Source: a bacterium (GTDB taxonomy: Bacteria; RBG-13-61-14; DATKZS01). Taken from it: a stretch of DNA of 64,000 nt. The notes below the pieces were generated by a model. The model did no database searches, was not told where the DNA came from, and saw nothing but the letters and a program-made list of their open reading frames with translations. The stretch spans positions 608,001-672,000 of the forward strand of contig CAXXFL010000002.1 in NCBI GenBank assembly GCA_963674965.2, in the 5' to 3' direction. The position numbers were made by a program, and so were the translations under genes. Below are positions 47,402-57,863 of the stretch, piece by piece; position 1 is the stretch's first letter, and the number at the start of each line of letters is the position of its first letter.

Positions 47402-48274
47402 ATGAGAACGGAAATAAATGGCAGAAGACTGGTTGCCAACGCCAATAAAAGGCGCAAGAAAATGATCGCCTTTGGGTGGTACGGAGGCAAATTCTCCCAT
47501 TTGGACTTTATTCTCCCCCATCTTCCCGAGGACGCGAAACATTTCTGCGACGTTTTCGGCGGTTCGGCGGCCGTTCTGATAAATAGGAATCCCGCTCCCG
47601 TTGAGACGTACAACGACCTGGATTCGGAATTGGTAAATTTTTTTGAGACCCTGAGAGATGAAAACGAAAAACTGATCAAGGCCATAAGCCTTACTCCCTT
47701 TTCAAGACAGGAACTTATTAAGGCGTGCAAGCGGGAAACGGGGTTGTCCAAATTGGAAAGAGCTCGGCGTTTCTACGTAAGGGCCAGGCAGACGAGGACC
47801 GGATTGGCCCAAACCAGCAGCGAAGGCAGATGGGCCCACTGCGTGCTTACCTTGCGAGCGGGCATGGCGGGGGCCGTCTCAAGATGGCTGGGCGCCGTGG
47901 AAGGCCTTCCGGAAATCGTTCAGCGCCTCCAAAGAGTTCAGATTGAAAACGCTCCCGCCCTTGAAGTAATCGAAAGATACGACACCAAGGACACCCTTTT
48001 TTACCTCGATCCGCCGTACGTCCATGAAAGCCGGGGCGACGTCAAGGCCTATGGTTTTGAAATGTCCGATTGGCAACACGTCGAACTGGCCAACATGCTT
48101 CATAAAATCAAAGGAAGGGCCGCGGTCTCCGGGTATCGAACCAAACTCTATGACGGGCTGTTTGAGGATTGGATCAGAATCGACGCTCCGGAAAAGAAAT
48201 GCAACTCTTCAAAGACTACCCGGCAGGAATCGTTATGGCTCAATTTCGAGGTCGGAGAGGAAAATGAAGGATAA
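47402..48274 (+). CDS. DNA adenine methyltransferase (Dam/D12 class)
   Basis: WYGGK, DVFGGS, ND and YLDPPY motifs. Confidence 0.92.
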   Translation: MRTEINGRRLVANANKRRKKMIAFGWYGGKFSHLDFILPHLPEDAKHFCDVFGGSAAVLINRNPAPVETYNDLDSELVNFFETLRDENEKLIKAISLTPFSRQELIKACKRETGLSKLERARRFYVRARQTRTGLAQTSSEGRWAHCVLTLRAGMAGAVSRWLGAVEGLPEIVQRLQRVQIENAPALEVIERYDTKDTLFYLDPPYVHESRGDVKAYGFEMSDWQHVELANMLHKIKGRAAVSGYRTKLYDGLFEDWIRIDAPEKKCNSSKTTRQESLWLNFEVGEENEG

Positions 48275-49346
48275 AAAGGCATCCCCCGATATAGAAAAAG
48301 CCAAAAGACTACTCGAAGAATTGTGGATGATTGTATTGGAGGAAGATCAAGGAGATATCGACCCCGAAATCGATCGATTGATAAACAGCGCCTATGTATC
48401 CATTCGATAGTGCCTGCCCACTCAATTACTTGGAAAACTGACCGACGGCAAATTGGATTGCCTTTGTCTTCAAAAAGGGAGCGAAGAGATAGAATCAAAG
48501 TGGGACCCCCGAAGTTTTTCCTCCAAGGTCGTGGCTCCATGGGTTGCGGAAAACCAATCGGTCCTTGGATCGAGCACTGACCCTTACGTCAGCAAGCCCC
48601 TGAGAAAAGAACGGCTCGAAGAAACGCCGGGCAACGTAAAAGGCAAAGAGGAATGGGTCCTTTTATACGAGGTACTAAGAGAAGTTGAAACGAGGAACTC
48701 TTCAAAATACACACGCTTGAAAACGCTTCAGACTCTAAGAAGCATACGTCGCAAACTCTCCGAATTGTCCTTCGAGTATTATGTCCCGGAAAGGGTCAGC
48801 TTGGCGCAAACGGAAAAACTCGTGTCCAGATTCTTATCTGAATCCAGCGGTGGAGACAGGGGACTGTCCGTGGCGGCCGCTCTTTTCGAGACATTTGGAA
48901 AATATTTCAAGCTTTACAAAGAAGTCCGAAGGCACGTGATAAACGCCTCTGACCTTGCCACCGGATTGGCCGGAGACATCGAGTGTATCGACGATGAGGG
49001 AAATCTCAGGCTCGCCGTCGAGGTCAAGGAAAGAAACGTTACCCTGACGGATATGAGAAGCTCGATACTCAAAGCTCGCAAGGTGTCTCTGACCGAGCTT
49101 TTGCTCAACGCTCCCGGGACGCATCACTCCGAAAATGAAGAGATAACCGATTTAATCTCGAAGACGTGGGCTTCGGGGACGAACATATATCTGATTTCCA
49201 TCGAGGAATTACTGAGGGTCGGCCTGTCTTTGGCGGGAGAAGCTGGGAGGAAATATTTCATCGAGCGCGTGGGAAATCAACTGGACAATTACAATACTCA
49301 ACCATTAAACAGGAAAAGATGGAAGGAACTGCTCGAGGACGTCTAA
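48264..49346 (+). pseudogene. Type II restriction endonuclease (SacI-family-like) interrupted by an in-frame TAG at 48408-48410
   Basis: The ATG at 48264 and ORF 48453..49346 share a frame, reading SIR*CLPTQLLGK. Also DPYVSKPLR and a GDI...EVK PD-(D/E)xK motif. Confidence 0.8.
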
Positions 49347-49394
49347 TAAAGACGTCTTGAGCTTTGGTCCATATCTCGAACAAACCTCCACTGC

Positions 49395-50414
49395 TTATAC
49401 GTTAAACCTGAAAGAAATAATGTCCCCGTCCTGGACCACGTAGGTTTTGCCCTCGAGCCTTACCTTGCCGGCTTTTTTGGCGCCCTGCATGCCCTTGTAT
49501 TCCACGAAGTCGTCGTATGAGACCACCTCGGCCCGGATGAAGCCCTTCTTGATGTCCGAATGGATTTCCTCGGCCGCGTCCACCGCTTCCGTGCCCGAGG
49601 CGATGGTCCAGGCCCTGACCTCGTCCTCCCCCACCGTGAAAAAGGAGATGAGGCCGAGCGCCGCGTAGGAACGCCGGATCACCCGGTCCATGGCCGAGGA
49701 CTCGAGACCGAACTCGGCCATGAACTCGGCGGCCTCGTCGGCGTCGAGGGCCGCCAGCTCGCTCTCGAGCTTGCCCTTGACAATCATGACCTCGCTTGAG
49801 GGCACGTCGCCCAGCTCGGGCGTCGCGTCGTCGTCGTCCGCGTTGTTCACCAGGGTAATGAGGGGCTTGGCGGAAAGGAAGCGGTATCCCTTCAGCGTGG
49901 GATCGGAGGAGGCCTGGTTATTTTTCCGGAGCGGCTCGTCTCCCTCGAGCGCCTTCAGGCAAAAGGACAGGGCCTCGAACTCGGCCCCGTCGATGGCCTT
50001 GCCCCGGTCCTTTTCGTGTTGCATCCGGTCCAGTCGCTTCTCGACGATGGAGTAGTCGGTGAAGATCATTTCCCGGTCGATCTTGGCGACGGCCTCCCTG
50101 GGGCCCACCGGCGAGCCGTTGAAGTTGTCGATCACGTGGATAAGGGCGTCGCAGTTCCTGACCTGGTTCCAAAGCCCGTCCACTCCCTCCTCGTCCTTGC
50201 CCGAGGCGGAGGGACCGGGGAGAAGGTACTCGACTTGGGCAAAGGTGGTCTTCCTGGGCTTAAAGGCGTCCGAAAGATAATCGACGCGGACGTCGGGCAC
50301 GCGCGCCGCGGCGATGGACGAGCCGCTTTTGGCCTTGCTTTGACCCTGGCCGGCCAGGGCCTCGAATATAGTTGACCTGCCCGATCCGGGCAGGCCGATA
50401 ATACCGATCTTCAT
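49395..50414 (-). CDS. ychF: YchF-family ATPase
   Basis: VPDVRVD, FFTVGEDEVRAW, IHSDIKKGFIRAE and GKTYVVQDGDIISFRFNV. Confidence 0.88.
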   Translation of the reverse strand: MKIGIIGLPGSGRSTIFEALAGQGQSKAKSGSSIAAARVPDVRVDYLSDAFKPRKTTFAQVEYLLPGPSASGKDEEGVDGLWNQVRNCDALIHVIDNFNGSPVGPREAVAKIDREMIFTDYSIVEKRLDRMQHEKDRGKAIDGAEFEALSFCLKALEGDEPLRKNNQASSDPTLKGYRFLSAKPLITLVNNADDDDATPELGDVPSSEVMIVKGKLESELAALDADEAAEFMAEFGLESSAMDRVIRRSYAALGLISFFTVGEDEVRAWTIASGTEAVDAAEEIHSDIKKGFIRAEVVSYDDFVEYKGMQGAKKAGKVRLEGKTYVVQDGDIISFRFNV

Positions 50415-50590
50415 CGGTCATGACCTCCATGTAAACTCGGCTGAAGCTGGAATAGATGACGATGAATCGTGGCGTCCAATTTCCGGCCGCTTCAACGTGA
50501 CTCGCGTGGCGCGATATCGAAATTCCTAAGATATATTATGATGGCCTTTTGCGAATTTTCAAGAAGAGGGGGCGCGCCAAACGCCGCCGG

Positions 50591-51652
50591 TCAGTTTCGA
50601 GCGTTCAGAAGAAGCGTTAGATTATCCAGCGCGCGGCGGCTGATGGATTTGGGCAGCTTGATATTGACTTCCCGGCCGCCCCGTTTCGCCGGCGCGTGTA
50701 GGTGGACGCTGTGCATCGAGTCTATCCATCTGAAGGGGGCAAGTTTATCGCGCGAGTATTTCTTCCGCGTGGAGAAGCCGAAAAGACCGAGCCTTACTTC
50801 AATATAATTATTATCGACGGTCACTCGCGTTTTTAGGTAGTACTCGACGACAAACTCCGTCAAGCGTCCAAGATACGCGCCAAGTAACAGAAGATATATG
50901 ATAAAAGCGCCGAAAAGAGGGTAATTGCCCATAAGGCCGTAAAAACCGGCTTCCATGGCGTAATTCGAGAAATATGCCAGGACCGCGGCAAAAGGAACAA
51001 GTAGGCCGGCCATGAAAATGGCCGCTTTTCCATCTGGTTCCTTGCCTATAATAACCTCGAGTTTCCCCTCCTGATTGGCCACTCTGACAAATATCCCTTT
51101 TTCATTGAGAACGTCATCTCTAGCCTTCGATTGAGGTTCGAGAGCGATGCTTGCATCTTCCTTGCCATAGCCTGGGTCCATGGATGGGATCGACTGGATG
51201 GAGCTTTCGAACTTGCTCAGCATGAGTTCTCCCTCGTGTCTTATAAAGAGGGAAAGCAAGAAAGTAATACAGGAAAAGGCCGTGAGAAAAAGGACCACTT
51301 CCGCGACCGAGTTCGAATCGAAACGGGGAAAGGCCGAAGCCGCCAGCATCCATAGGGGCTCGTAGGCGATGATGGAAAGAAGCAGGGAAACGGTCGCCAG
51401 GGCTATCCCGGGACGCGCGGTAGTTCGGACGCGCGCCCCGAAGCTCGAGGTCTCGAACTCGAGGGTCACCGTGCTTACTCCGTCTTTAAAGACGACCGCG
51501 GCCCCGTCGGGAGAAACCCTGAACTCGGAGGGCCCGAGCATGGAGTATCCCCTGGGCAACCCATGTCTTCCCGCGGGAAAAGGCGGAGACGTGGGACTGA
51601 CCAACTTCCGGGTATATGTGCTGAAAATGCTATCCATGCCTGGACTGTTCAT
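50591..51652 (-). CDS. Hypothetical membrane protein
   Basis: 353 aa ORF with two pairs of TM helices. Confidence 0.6.
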   Translation of the reverse strand: MNSPGMDSIFSTYTRKLVSPTSPPFPAGRHGLPRGYSMLGPSEFRVSPDGAAVVFKDGVSTVTLEFETSSFGARVRTTARPGIALATVSLLLSIIAYEPLWMLAASAFPRFDSNSVAEVVLFLTAFSCITFLLSLFIRHEGELMLSKFESSIQSIPSMDPGYGKEDASIALEPQSKARDDVLNEKGIFVRVANQEGKLEVIIGKEPDGKAAIFMAGLLVPFAAVLAYFSNYAMEAGFYGLMGNYPLFGAFIIYLLLLGAYLGRLTEFVVEYYLKTRVTVDNNYIEVRLGLFGFSTRKKYSRDKLAPFRWIDSMHSVHLHAPAKRGGREVNIKLPKSISRRALDNLTLLLNARN

Positions 51653-51866
51653 CTCCTGGATCGATCGTTTCCATGCGTTTCAACTTATAGATGCTGTTCC
51701 ATGGCCCGAAGTTCCCGAAATCAAAAAGAGGTTTTTCCTCTCCAAGTTTTCCCCACCGCGTATTATTCGATAATTTTTACTTTTTTTCCAATAAGTCGCG
51801 ATCCTTAGCCATGCAATATTATAGTAGAAAGGCAGGCCCCTTAGAATCGTCGTGTCCAGGCGAGAT

Positions 51867-54302
51867 TTACACCCTGACCGTTTTGGCCAGCGCGAAACCC
51901 AGGACAAAGACGACGAGGTAAGCCGCCACGCCGGCCGTGAAAAGGGCCTGGATACCGAAACGGGCCGACCAGTAAAGGGACACGGTAACGGCGATTACGG
52001 CGCAGGTCCCCGCGACGCCGAAAAACAGTCCCGCCGCCGGGGCCCCGGCTTTCTTCTTGGCCACCTCGAGCGCGAAGGGGAAAGGAAGACCGAGCGGAGC
52101 CAGGAGAGGCAAGAGGAGCAGGAAAACAACGAAAGCCCTGGCCGAAGGAGCGAAGGGCGGCAGCTTCGAGACGGCCCATACAAGCGCCGGCTCGTAGATA
52201 AGAAGGCTGAGCGGGATGAGCGGGAAAGCCAGGTGAGGACGCTCGAGCTTCAGCCGATTCATCAAGGCCCCCGTAAAGGAAGGATATAGGAGAAAGGCGG
52301 CCACCACCACCGACAGGGAATAAAGAGGGCCGCCAAGATAGAGGTTCAGCTTCTGAACCAGCGACGTCTGAAGAAAAACGTACCCGATCTCGAGGACGAA
52401 AATATAAGCCGTCACCAAATAATAGGCCGGCTCTTTGTACCTTCCTTTCCTTGACAGGATCACGGCGAAGGGTATCCAGAACACCACCACCGTGAGAGCG
52501 AAGAAACGAAGGGCAATGCCGATATGGATAGGAAGACCCCGGTCGAACAGATAGAAAAATGGCTTGTCGTCCGTTGGCGGCTCCAGGTTGAGCGGATAAT
52601 TGGCGTAGACGGCGCTCGGGTCCTCAGCCAGGATCAGCCGCGTAAAGGGGTTGTCAAGGCCGTCCTCCCCCGGGATGTACAGTGGAAAAAGGGGCGGCTC
52701 CAACTCGGATCGGATTTCCTTAAGCTCCGAGTCGAGAAAGGGCGTCTTCTTGAAAAGCATGGTCCCGCCGTAAACGTCGTCCTGGCCGGTGGAAAAGCCC
52801 ACCACCACCACGTTCAGACTGGGATCGGGAATACCGCTTCGACGCGCGGCCTCCATGGCCGTCGAGGTTATCCGGAGTATCTCGGTGGGAGCTCTGAGGC
52901 TTCCCACCATCTTCGTGACCGCCAAAACGCCGCCGTCGGAGAGGACCTTGTAGTAGTCCACGAACCCCTCGGCCGTGTAAAGATAGCTCTCCATGAATAT
53001 GGTCGAGAAGTGGAAGGGAATATAAAGGTCAGCGAAGACAAGATTGATGAGGTCGAACTTCTCGTCCGTGAAATGAACGAAGGTCCGGCCATCCGTAACG
53101 AAAATCTCGGCCTGGTTATAGACGTTACTCGAGCGATCGGCCAGCGGCCCGGATAAAAGATCGACCACCGCTGGATTGATCTCGACCCCGACCAGGCGGC
53201 GAGGCGAGAGCGACATGGCCCGGGCCAGGTCAATGCCCCCTCCTACCCCTATGACCAGCACCCGCGGCTCATCCATGATGGTATAGGGCAAAAGCCAAGA
53301 CCGCATGGGGGACTTGTTAGCCATGGAGGAAAACCACACGTTGTTGGCGTAAAGGTGGTCCACGCTATTAAAGCTTTCCTCCGTCTCCATGACGACTCTT
53401 TCGTTCTTCACGTGATCCAGGCCGCGTGGATAAGCCAGGTCGCGCGAGGTAAGAGTCGGAGTATGGACGGCGTCGACCCTCGAGATCACGCTCCAGCGGC
53501 TCGCGAGAACGGTCGAGCCGGGAAGACGAAGCGCCTCCGTGCAAAGCTGGGCCGGCTGGTCAAGACCGGAGGAGTTGGGATTCGCCGGCGCCAGGCGAAG
53601 AACGTCGAAACGCCCCGTGAAATGATGGTAACCAAGCGCGGCCAAGCAAATCACCAATAAGGCTGAAGCTATCGCGCTCGGGGTGGACAAAAGCTTTTTC
53701 GAGTAGCGGTAAGACGCTATCACCCCGCCCGCCGCCGCGGCCGTCGCCGCCAGCATCATGCAGCTCTCGGCCCCCAGCCGGGGAAGGAAAACGTGCATGG
53801 CGGCCACGCCCAGGCCCGATCCCAGCAGGGAGAGCCCGTAAATTTTCCACGACGAGGACTGGATGTAGGAAAGGCCCGTGATCATGCCCATGAAGAAAAA
53901 AGGCAGACAACAGACGAGGGCCGCCGGAACGGCGTAAGGGACCTTGACGGTGACGAAGTAAGAGGCGAGCACCGAGGGCCCTAGAAGTACCGAGCATGCC
54001 GTCACCCACTTCCGGCTCATTCTTCCCACCATGAAGCAGACAAGGCCCGAGATTCCCAGGCCGAGCATGGCCACGGCCACCACGCTCATCTCGTGGCCCA
54101 GGACCTTGAGGAACTGGAATATCTTGGGCTCGATCATCTCGACGAAAAGGACTACCACGCTGGAGAGGAACACCAGGGACCCGGTGAGAGCGGAATCGAT
54201 TTTCTTTTCGGACTCCACGCGCGTTCCGTCCCGGCCGGCGCTTTCTTCCCCCGGCGAGGGGCCGCCGTTTCTTTTTTTATTATCGAGCATTTTGAAGATC
54301 AT
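51867..54302 (-). CDS. Polytopic membrane protein with spermidine-synthase-like SAM methyltransferase domain
   Basis: VLVIGVGGGID, VEINP, DGRTF, ESYLYT and PPTDDKPF. Confidence 0.85.
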   Translation of the reverse strand: MIFKMLDNKKRNGGPSPGEESAGRDGTRVESEKKIDSALTGSLVFLSSVVVLFVEMIEPKIFQFLKVLGHEMSVVAVAMLGLGISGLVCFMVGRMSRKWVTACSVLLGPSVLASYFVTVKVPYAVPAALVCCLPFFFMGMITGLSYIQSSSWKIYGLSLLGSGLGVAAMHVFLPRLGAESCMMLAATAAAAGGVIASYRYSKKLLSTPSAIASALLVICLAALGYHHFTGRFDVLRLAPANPNSSGLDQPAQLCTEALRLPGSTVLASRWSVISRVDAVHTPTLTSRDLAYPRGLDHVKNERVVMETEESFNSVDHLYANNVWFSSMANKSPMRSWLLPYTIMDEPRVLVIGVGGGIDLARAMSLSPRRLVGVEINPAVVDLLSGPLADRSSNVYNQAEIFVTDGRTFVHFTDEKFDLINLVFADLYIPFHFSTIFMESYLYTAEGFVDYYKVLSDGGVLAVTKMVGSLRAPTEILRITSTAMEAARRSGIPDPSLNVVVVGFSTGQDDVYGGTMLFKKTPFLDSELKEIRSELEPPLFPLYIPGEDGLDNPFTRLILAEDPSAVYANYPLNLEPPTDDKPFFYLFDRGLPIHIGIALRFFALTVVVFWIPFAVILSRKGRYKEPAYYLVTAYIFVLEIGYVFLQTSLVQKLNLYLGGPLYSLSVVVAAFLLYPSFTGALMNRLKLERPHLAFPLIPLSLLIYEPALVWAVSKLPPFAPSARAFVVFLLLLPLLAPLGLPFPFALEVAKKKAGAPAAGLFFGVAGTCAVIAVTVSLYWSARFGIQALFTAGVAAYLVVFVLGFALAKTVRV

Positions 54303-54479
54303 ATAGGACGGTTTCCAGACAAGTCAAACGATGAAGACGATCGCAAATATTCAAGGATAAATATATGTTTCAGATCTTTTGCCAAGCGACAATTTAACGG
54401 CGTCCATTGCCGCTGTATTCCATGATCGCCTTTTGCTATCCTGAACCATCGATATGGAGACCGGAAAAGGAAGTGAATT

Positions 54480-56075
54480 ATGAAAAGGGATATTCTCGCC
54501 GCGCTTACGGCGGCGCTATTATTTATCGCGCCCGGCGCCCGGGCCTTAGAGCTTGCCACGGGCATTGACGACCCCGTCCGCGGTCTGGACGCCTACGGCG
54601 ACGCCTGGCACTGGTGCTTCTGGCGTTCCGGCTTGGAGGCCGGCCAGATTTCCTCCCATGACGAGCGCGACCGCAACATCGACCTCATGCATTTCCACGG
54701 GGTCTATCGCGGCGATCCGGTCCTGGCCAGGATCGAGGGACCGGGCGTTCTCTACCGACTCTGGTCCGCCGGACCCACCGGTAAGCTTAAGTTTTACGCG
54801 GACGGCTCGAATACCCCCGCGGTTTCATGCGGCTTCAAGGATTACATGGTGGGAGCATGCTCCGCGGAAAGCGTTTTTTACGCGGGCCGCCACGCTAATT
54901 ACACTCCCTTTTATTTCGAGAAGTCGCTCGTTATCACGGCCAGGGGCATGAGGGCGGAGGGGGCTTATTACCAGGCCACGTACATGCGGTTCCAGGACGC
55001 GGCGGACCTTAAGACCATGGACGAGAGCATGGCCAAGGCCTACCCGGAAAAGCTCGAGAAGGCGGCAAGGTTCTGGGAGTCTCGCGGCGCCGAGCCGGCC
55101 CGGGACCCCGGCGGATATCAGGAGACGGTCGTGGCCGACTTCGATATGCTGCCTGGTAAAAGGGGGGCCGTCCGGATTGCCGGCGCCGGGCTGATAACGA
55201 AGGTCCGGGTGCTGGATGAAGACGATCCATGGTCCGAGCTTTCCGATCTCGAGATGCGGGTCTATTATGATGGCCTTTCCGAGCCGGCGGTCGATTCTCC
55301 TGTGGACGCCTTTTTCGGCAACCGCTTCGACTCGAGGGAAAAGAGCGGGCAAGGCCCCTACGAGACCCTGATGATCTGGGCCACCGAGGCGGGATACGTA
55401 AGCCGCTTTCCCATGCCCTTCGCCGATGGATTTAAACTCGAGATCGAAAACGAGGGAGATGTCCCAAGACGCGTAATGGTCGAGATCGAGTATCGCAAAG
55501 TCGACCGCCTGCCCGACGCGGCCATGCGCTTTCACGCGGAGTACCGGGAGATGGACTACCCGGACGTTCTCTCGCGTGACAAACTGCGGGGGCTTTTATA
55601 TCGAGTCGACCAGGGCGAGAACTATACCGTCCTTGACCGAGAGGGCAAAGGTTATTACGTGGGCTGTTTCCTCTACGTGGCCAGTTTGGGTACCGACTGG
55701 TGGGGCGAGGGGGACGAGATGATCTGGGTGGACGGCGACTCGATGGCCCTCATCCGGGGGACGGGAACGGAGGACGAGTTCAACTGGTCCTTCGGCTTCG
55801 AGGAAAACCGCTCGGCCCTGTCGGGCGCCCTTCAGGCGGCGCGGCCGGAAAAAGGCTCGCCCCAGTCCGCGGTGGGCCATAACGCGCTTTATCGTTTTCG
55901 TCTGGGCGACTACGTGCCCTTTCAAGAATCGATCCGAGTGACCTTCGAGCGGTGGGGATCGACCACTGAATGGATGAAGCGCTATCCCGGCGCCATGTTC
56001 AACCTGTCTCACTCTCGGGGGGACGATTATCGCTCGGTGGCCTTCTGGTACGAGTTGCCAAGTCATAAGGATTAG
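54480..56075 (+). CDS. DUF2961 / glycoside hydrolase family 172 protein
   Basis: EGPG, FPMPF, WWGEGDE, GTGTED and SVAFWY, plus a signal peptide. Confidence 0.88.
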   Translation: MKRDILAALTAALLFIAPGARALELATGIDDPVRGLDAYGDAWHWCFWRSGLEAGQISSHDERDRNIDLMHFHGVYRGDPVLARIEGPGVLYRLWSAGPTGKLKFYADGSNTPAVSCGFKDYMVGACSAESVFYAGRHANYTPFYFEKSLVITARGMRAEGAYYQATYMRFQDAADLKTMDESMAKAYPEKLEKAARFWESRGAEPARDPGGYQETVVADFDMLPGKRGAVRIAGAGLITKVRVLDEDDPWSELSDLEMRVYYDGLSEPAVDSPVDAFFGNRFDSREKSGQGPYETLMIWATEAGYVSRFPMPFADGFKLEIENEGDVPRRVMVEIEYRKVDRLPDAAMRFHAEYREMDYPDVLSRDKLRGLLYRVDQGENYTVLDREGKGYYVGCFLYVASLGTDWWGEGDEMIWVDGDSMALIRGTGTEDEFNWSFGFEENRSALSGALQAARPEKGSPQSAVGHNALYRFRLGDYVPFQESIRVTFERWGSTTEWMKRYPGAMFNLSHSRGDDYRSVAFWYELPSHKD

Positions 56076-56147
56076 ACGATTCCAGCCTCCCGTTCACCCA
56101 ATATAGGCATGAAACGATAAAAATCGCGCGGGAGTGTCGCTTTGCGC

Positions 56148-57743
56148 CTATTCATAAGTGTCTATTCCCTGATATTGAGAATCGAGTCGCTCCATGTTTC
56201 GAAGGAGAATTTCATCACGCGGCAGATAATAGAGGGCTTTTTGATTTAGAAATTTTGCTCTTTTAACCCTTCCGAGTTCTTCTTGCACGGTGGAAAGTTT
56301 TAGTAAATGGCTGCAAATAAAGCCTATTTGAATTGACTTGCGATATTCTTGCACCAGCCGGTCCACCGGGAGCGAGTCTTGTTTGGGAAGGGGAAGAACG
56401 CCCTGTCTCGACAACGATTGATAAATGAGGCTTGCAAAAAGAAGTTGTGTCTCAATATCTGGATGGACCTCGTCAAGGAACAAATCGTCTCCGGGAATCT
56501 TGCCTTGAGAATAGGAACGCGTTAATTTTTCTATGTCAACAACCTTTACATAGTCTTGGTTCCGCTTGGACCTAATGCAATCGTTGACAAAACCATGGGC
56601 GCGGGCGGAAAAGTCGTCCAACTGGGCGGCCATGTGGAATTCGACGTCGGCCGCGTCGTATTGGCCCAGACCCAGGAAAGCCTTGCCCCGATAATAGCGG
56701 AGCAAGGCGTGATCGGGATGGATAATGGCGGCATTTTTAAAAGCTTCGAGAGCTGACTCGTAGTTGCCACTCTTGAGGGCCTCGTAACCCGTATTGAAAT
56801 TTGTATCAAAGCGCTGGAAGTCGAAATCTTCCCTGCCTCTGATAAAGGACGATCCCTCGGGAGCATAGTCCCTCAAATTGGATTGTACCGTGCAAAGAGC
56901 GAGCACTACTTTTTCAGTTTGGGCGGCCGCCACTATCCGGTCCAAATTATTCTGGAAATTTTTCCTGACTAATTTCCTTTCCTCCTCTTTCCAGAATGGG
57001 TCGAATTTTTCCGGTCTCTTTCCTTGCAATCTTAATTTTCCGTAATATAATTCCCGCTCTATTTGATATTTTTGGAACCTGAAATTAATCCTCTCAAAAA
57101 ACGCGCGGTAAATCATGGAATGAAGCATGGCGTCGCTGATTGATATATACAATTCAGCCTTATTATCCATGGGGTATAATCGTCGAAAAGGGCTGCAATC
57201 GTTATGTCCCATGTACACGACAATGATATCCGGCTCCAACTCCAACGCTTGAGGCATGAATTTTGACACGCCGTAGCTGGTCAAGCTGTTTATTCCGCAA
57301 TTAATGACCTCGTATTTCACCTCGGACGCGTTGAGCATTATCTCAAGCCATTTGGCAAAGGAAGCTCGGGGGCCATAAGGATATCCTACCGTCGAGGAGC
57401 CGCCCATGCATACTATTCGTTTTACTCCCGCCGGCTTGGGAACGGCATAAGAAGACAGGACGTAGTCGCGGTGAGTATAATTTCTAGGACCGAACCAGTA
57501 ATATGATTGACGAAGGTGAGTTATACCATTGCGTTTATATTTTTCGAACAGGGGAATCCGGTTGACGGGATCGAGCTTTCGAGAACAGTCTTCATACGAC
57601 AGGTCTGAAAAAATAAGGCGCATGACTATTTCAACAAGGCCAACGACTATTAAGCCGAAACCAAGCCCAAGCAATCTTCGTCTCGTTCGCTTCTGGCCAT
57701 CTTTTATGCGTTTTTCACCCAAGACGTCACCCATGCCAATCAC
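56148..57743 (-). CDS. SGNH/GDSL hydrolase-like protein with TPR; lower GC
   Basis: GGSS, INCG, GHND and DEVHP blocks, with an internal TPR. Confidence 0.82.
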   Translation of the reverse strand: MIGMGDVLGEKRIKDGQKRTRRRLLGLGFGLIVVGLVEIVMRLIFSDLSYEDCSRKLDPVNRIPLFEKYKRNGITHLRQSYYWFGPRNYTHRDYVLSSYAVPKPAGVKRIVCMGGSSTVGYPYGPRASFAKWLEIMLNASEVKYEVINCGINSLTSYGVSKFMPQALELEPDIIVVYMGHNDCSPFRRLYPMDNKAELYISISDAMLHSMIYRAFFERINFRFQKYQIERELYYGKLRLQGKRPEKFDPFWKEEERKLVRKNFQNNLDRIVAAAQTEKVVLALCTVQSNLRDYAPEGSSFIRGREDFDFQRFDTNFNTGYEALKSGNYESALEAFKNAAIIHPDHALLRYYRGKAFLGLGQYDAADVEFHMAAQLDDFSARAHGFVNDCIRSKRNQDYVKVVDIEKLTRSYSQGKIPGDDLFLDEVHPDIETQLLFASLIYQSLSRQGVLPLPKQDSLPVDRLVQEYRKSIQIGFICSHLLKLSTVQEELGRVKRAKFLNQKALYYLPRDEILLRNMERLDSQYQGIDTYE

Positions 57744-57863
57744 ATCCGTACTGGCAATCTCATGTTAAAAAAGGCCATCTATCGTTTCATAAGACAAACG
57801 AAGCATTTTCCGCTCCAAAGCCCTCGCCCAAATCGCTCGCCAAAATATCTATCCAGCGCCCGA

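Noticed and set aside
48408-48410. Pyrrolysine or recoded TAG
   Set aside because: TAG is used as a normal stop elsewhere in the window (e.g. genes ending at 27731, 31452 and 45651), and no pyl genes are present.
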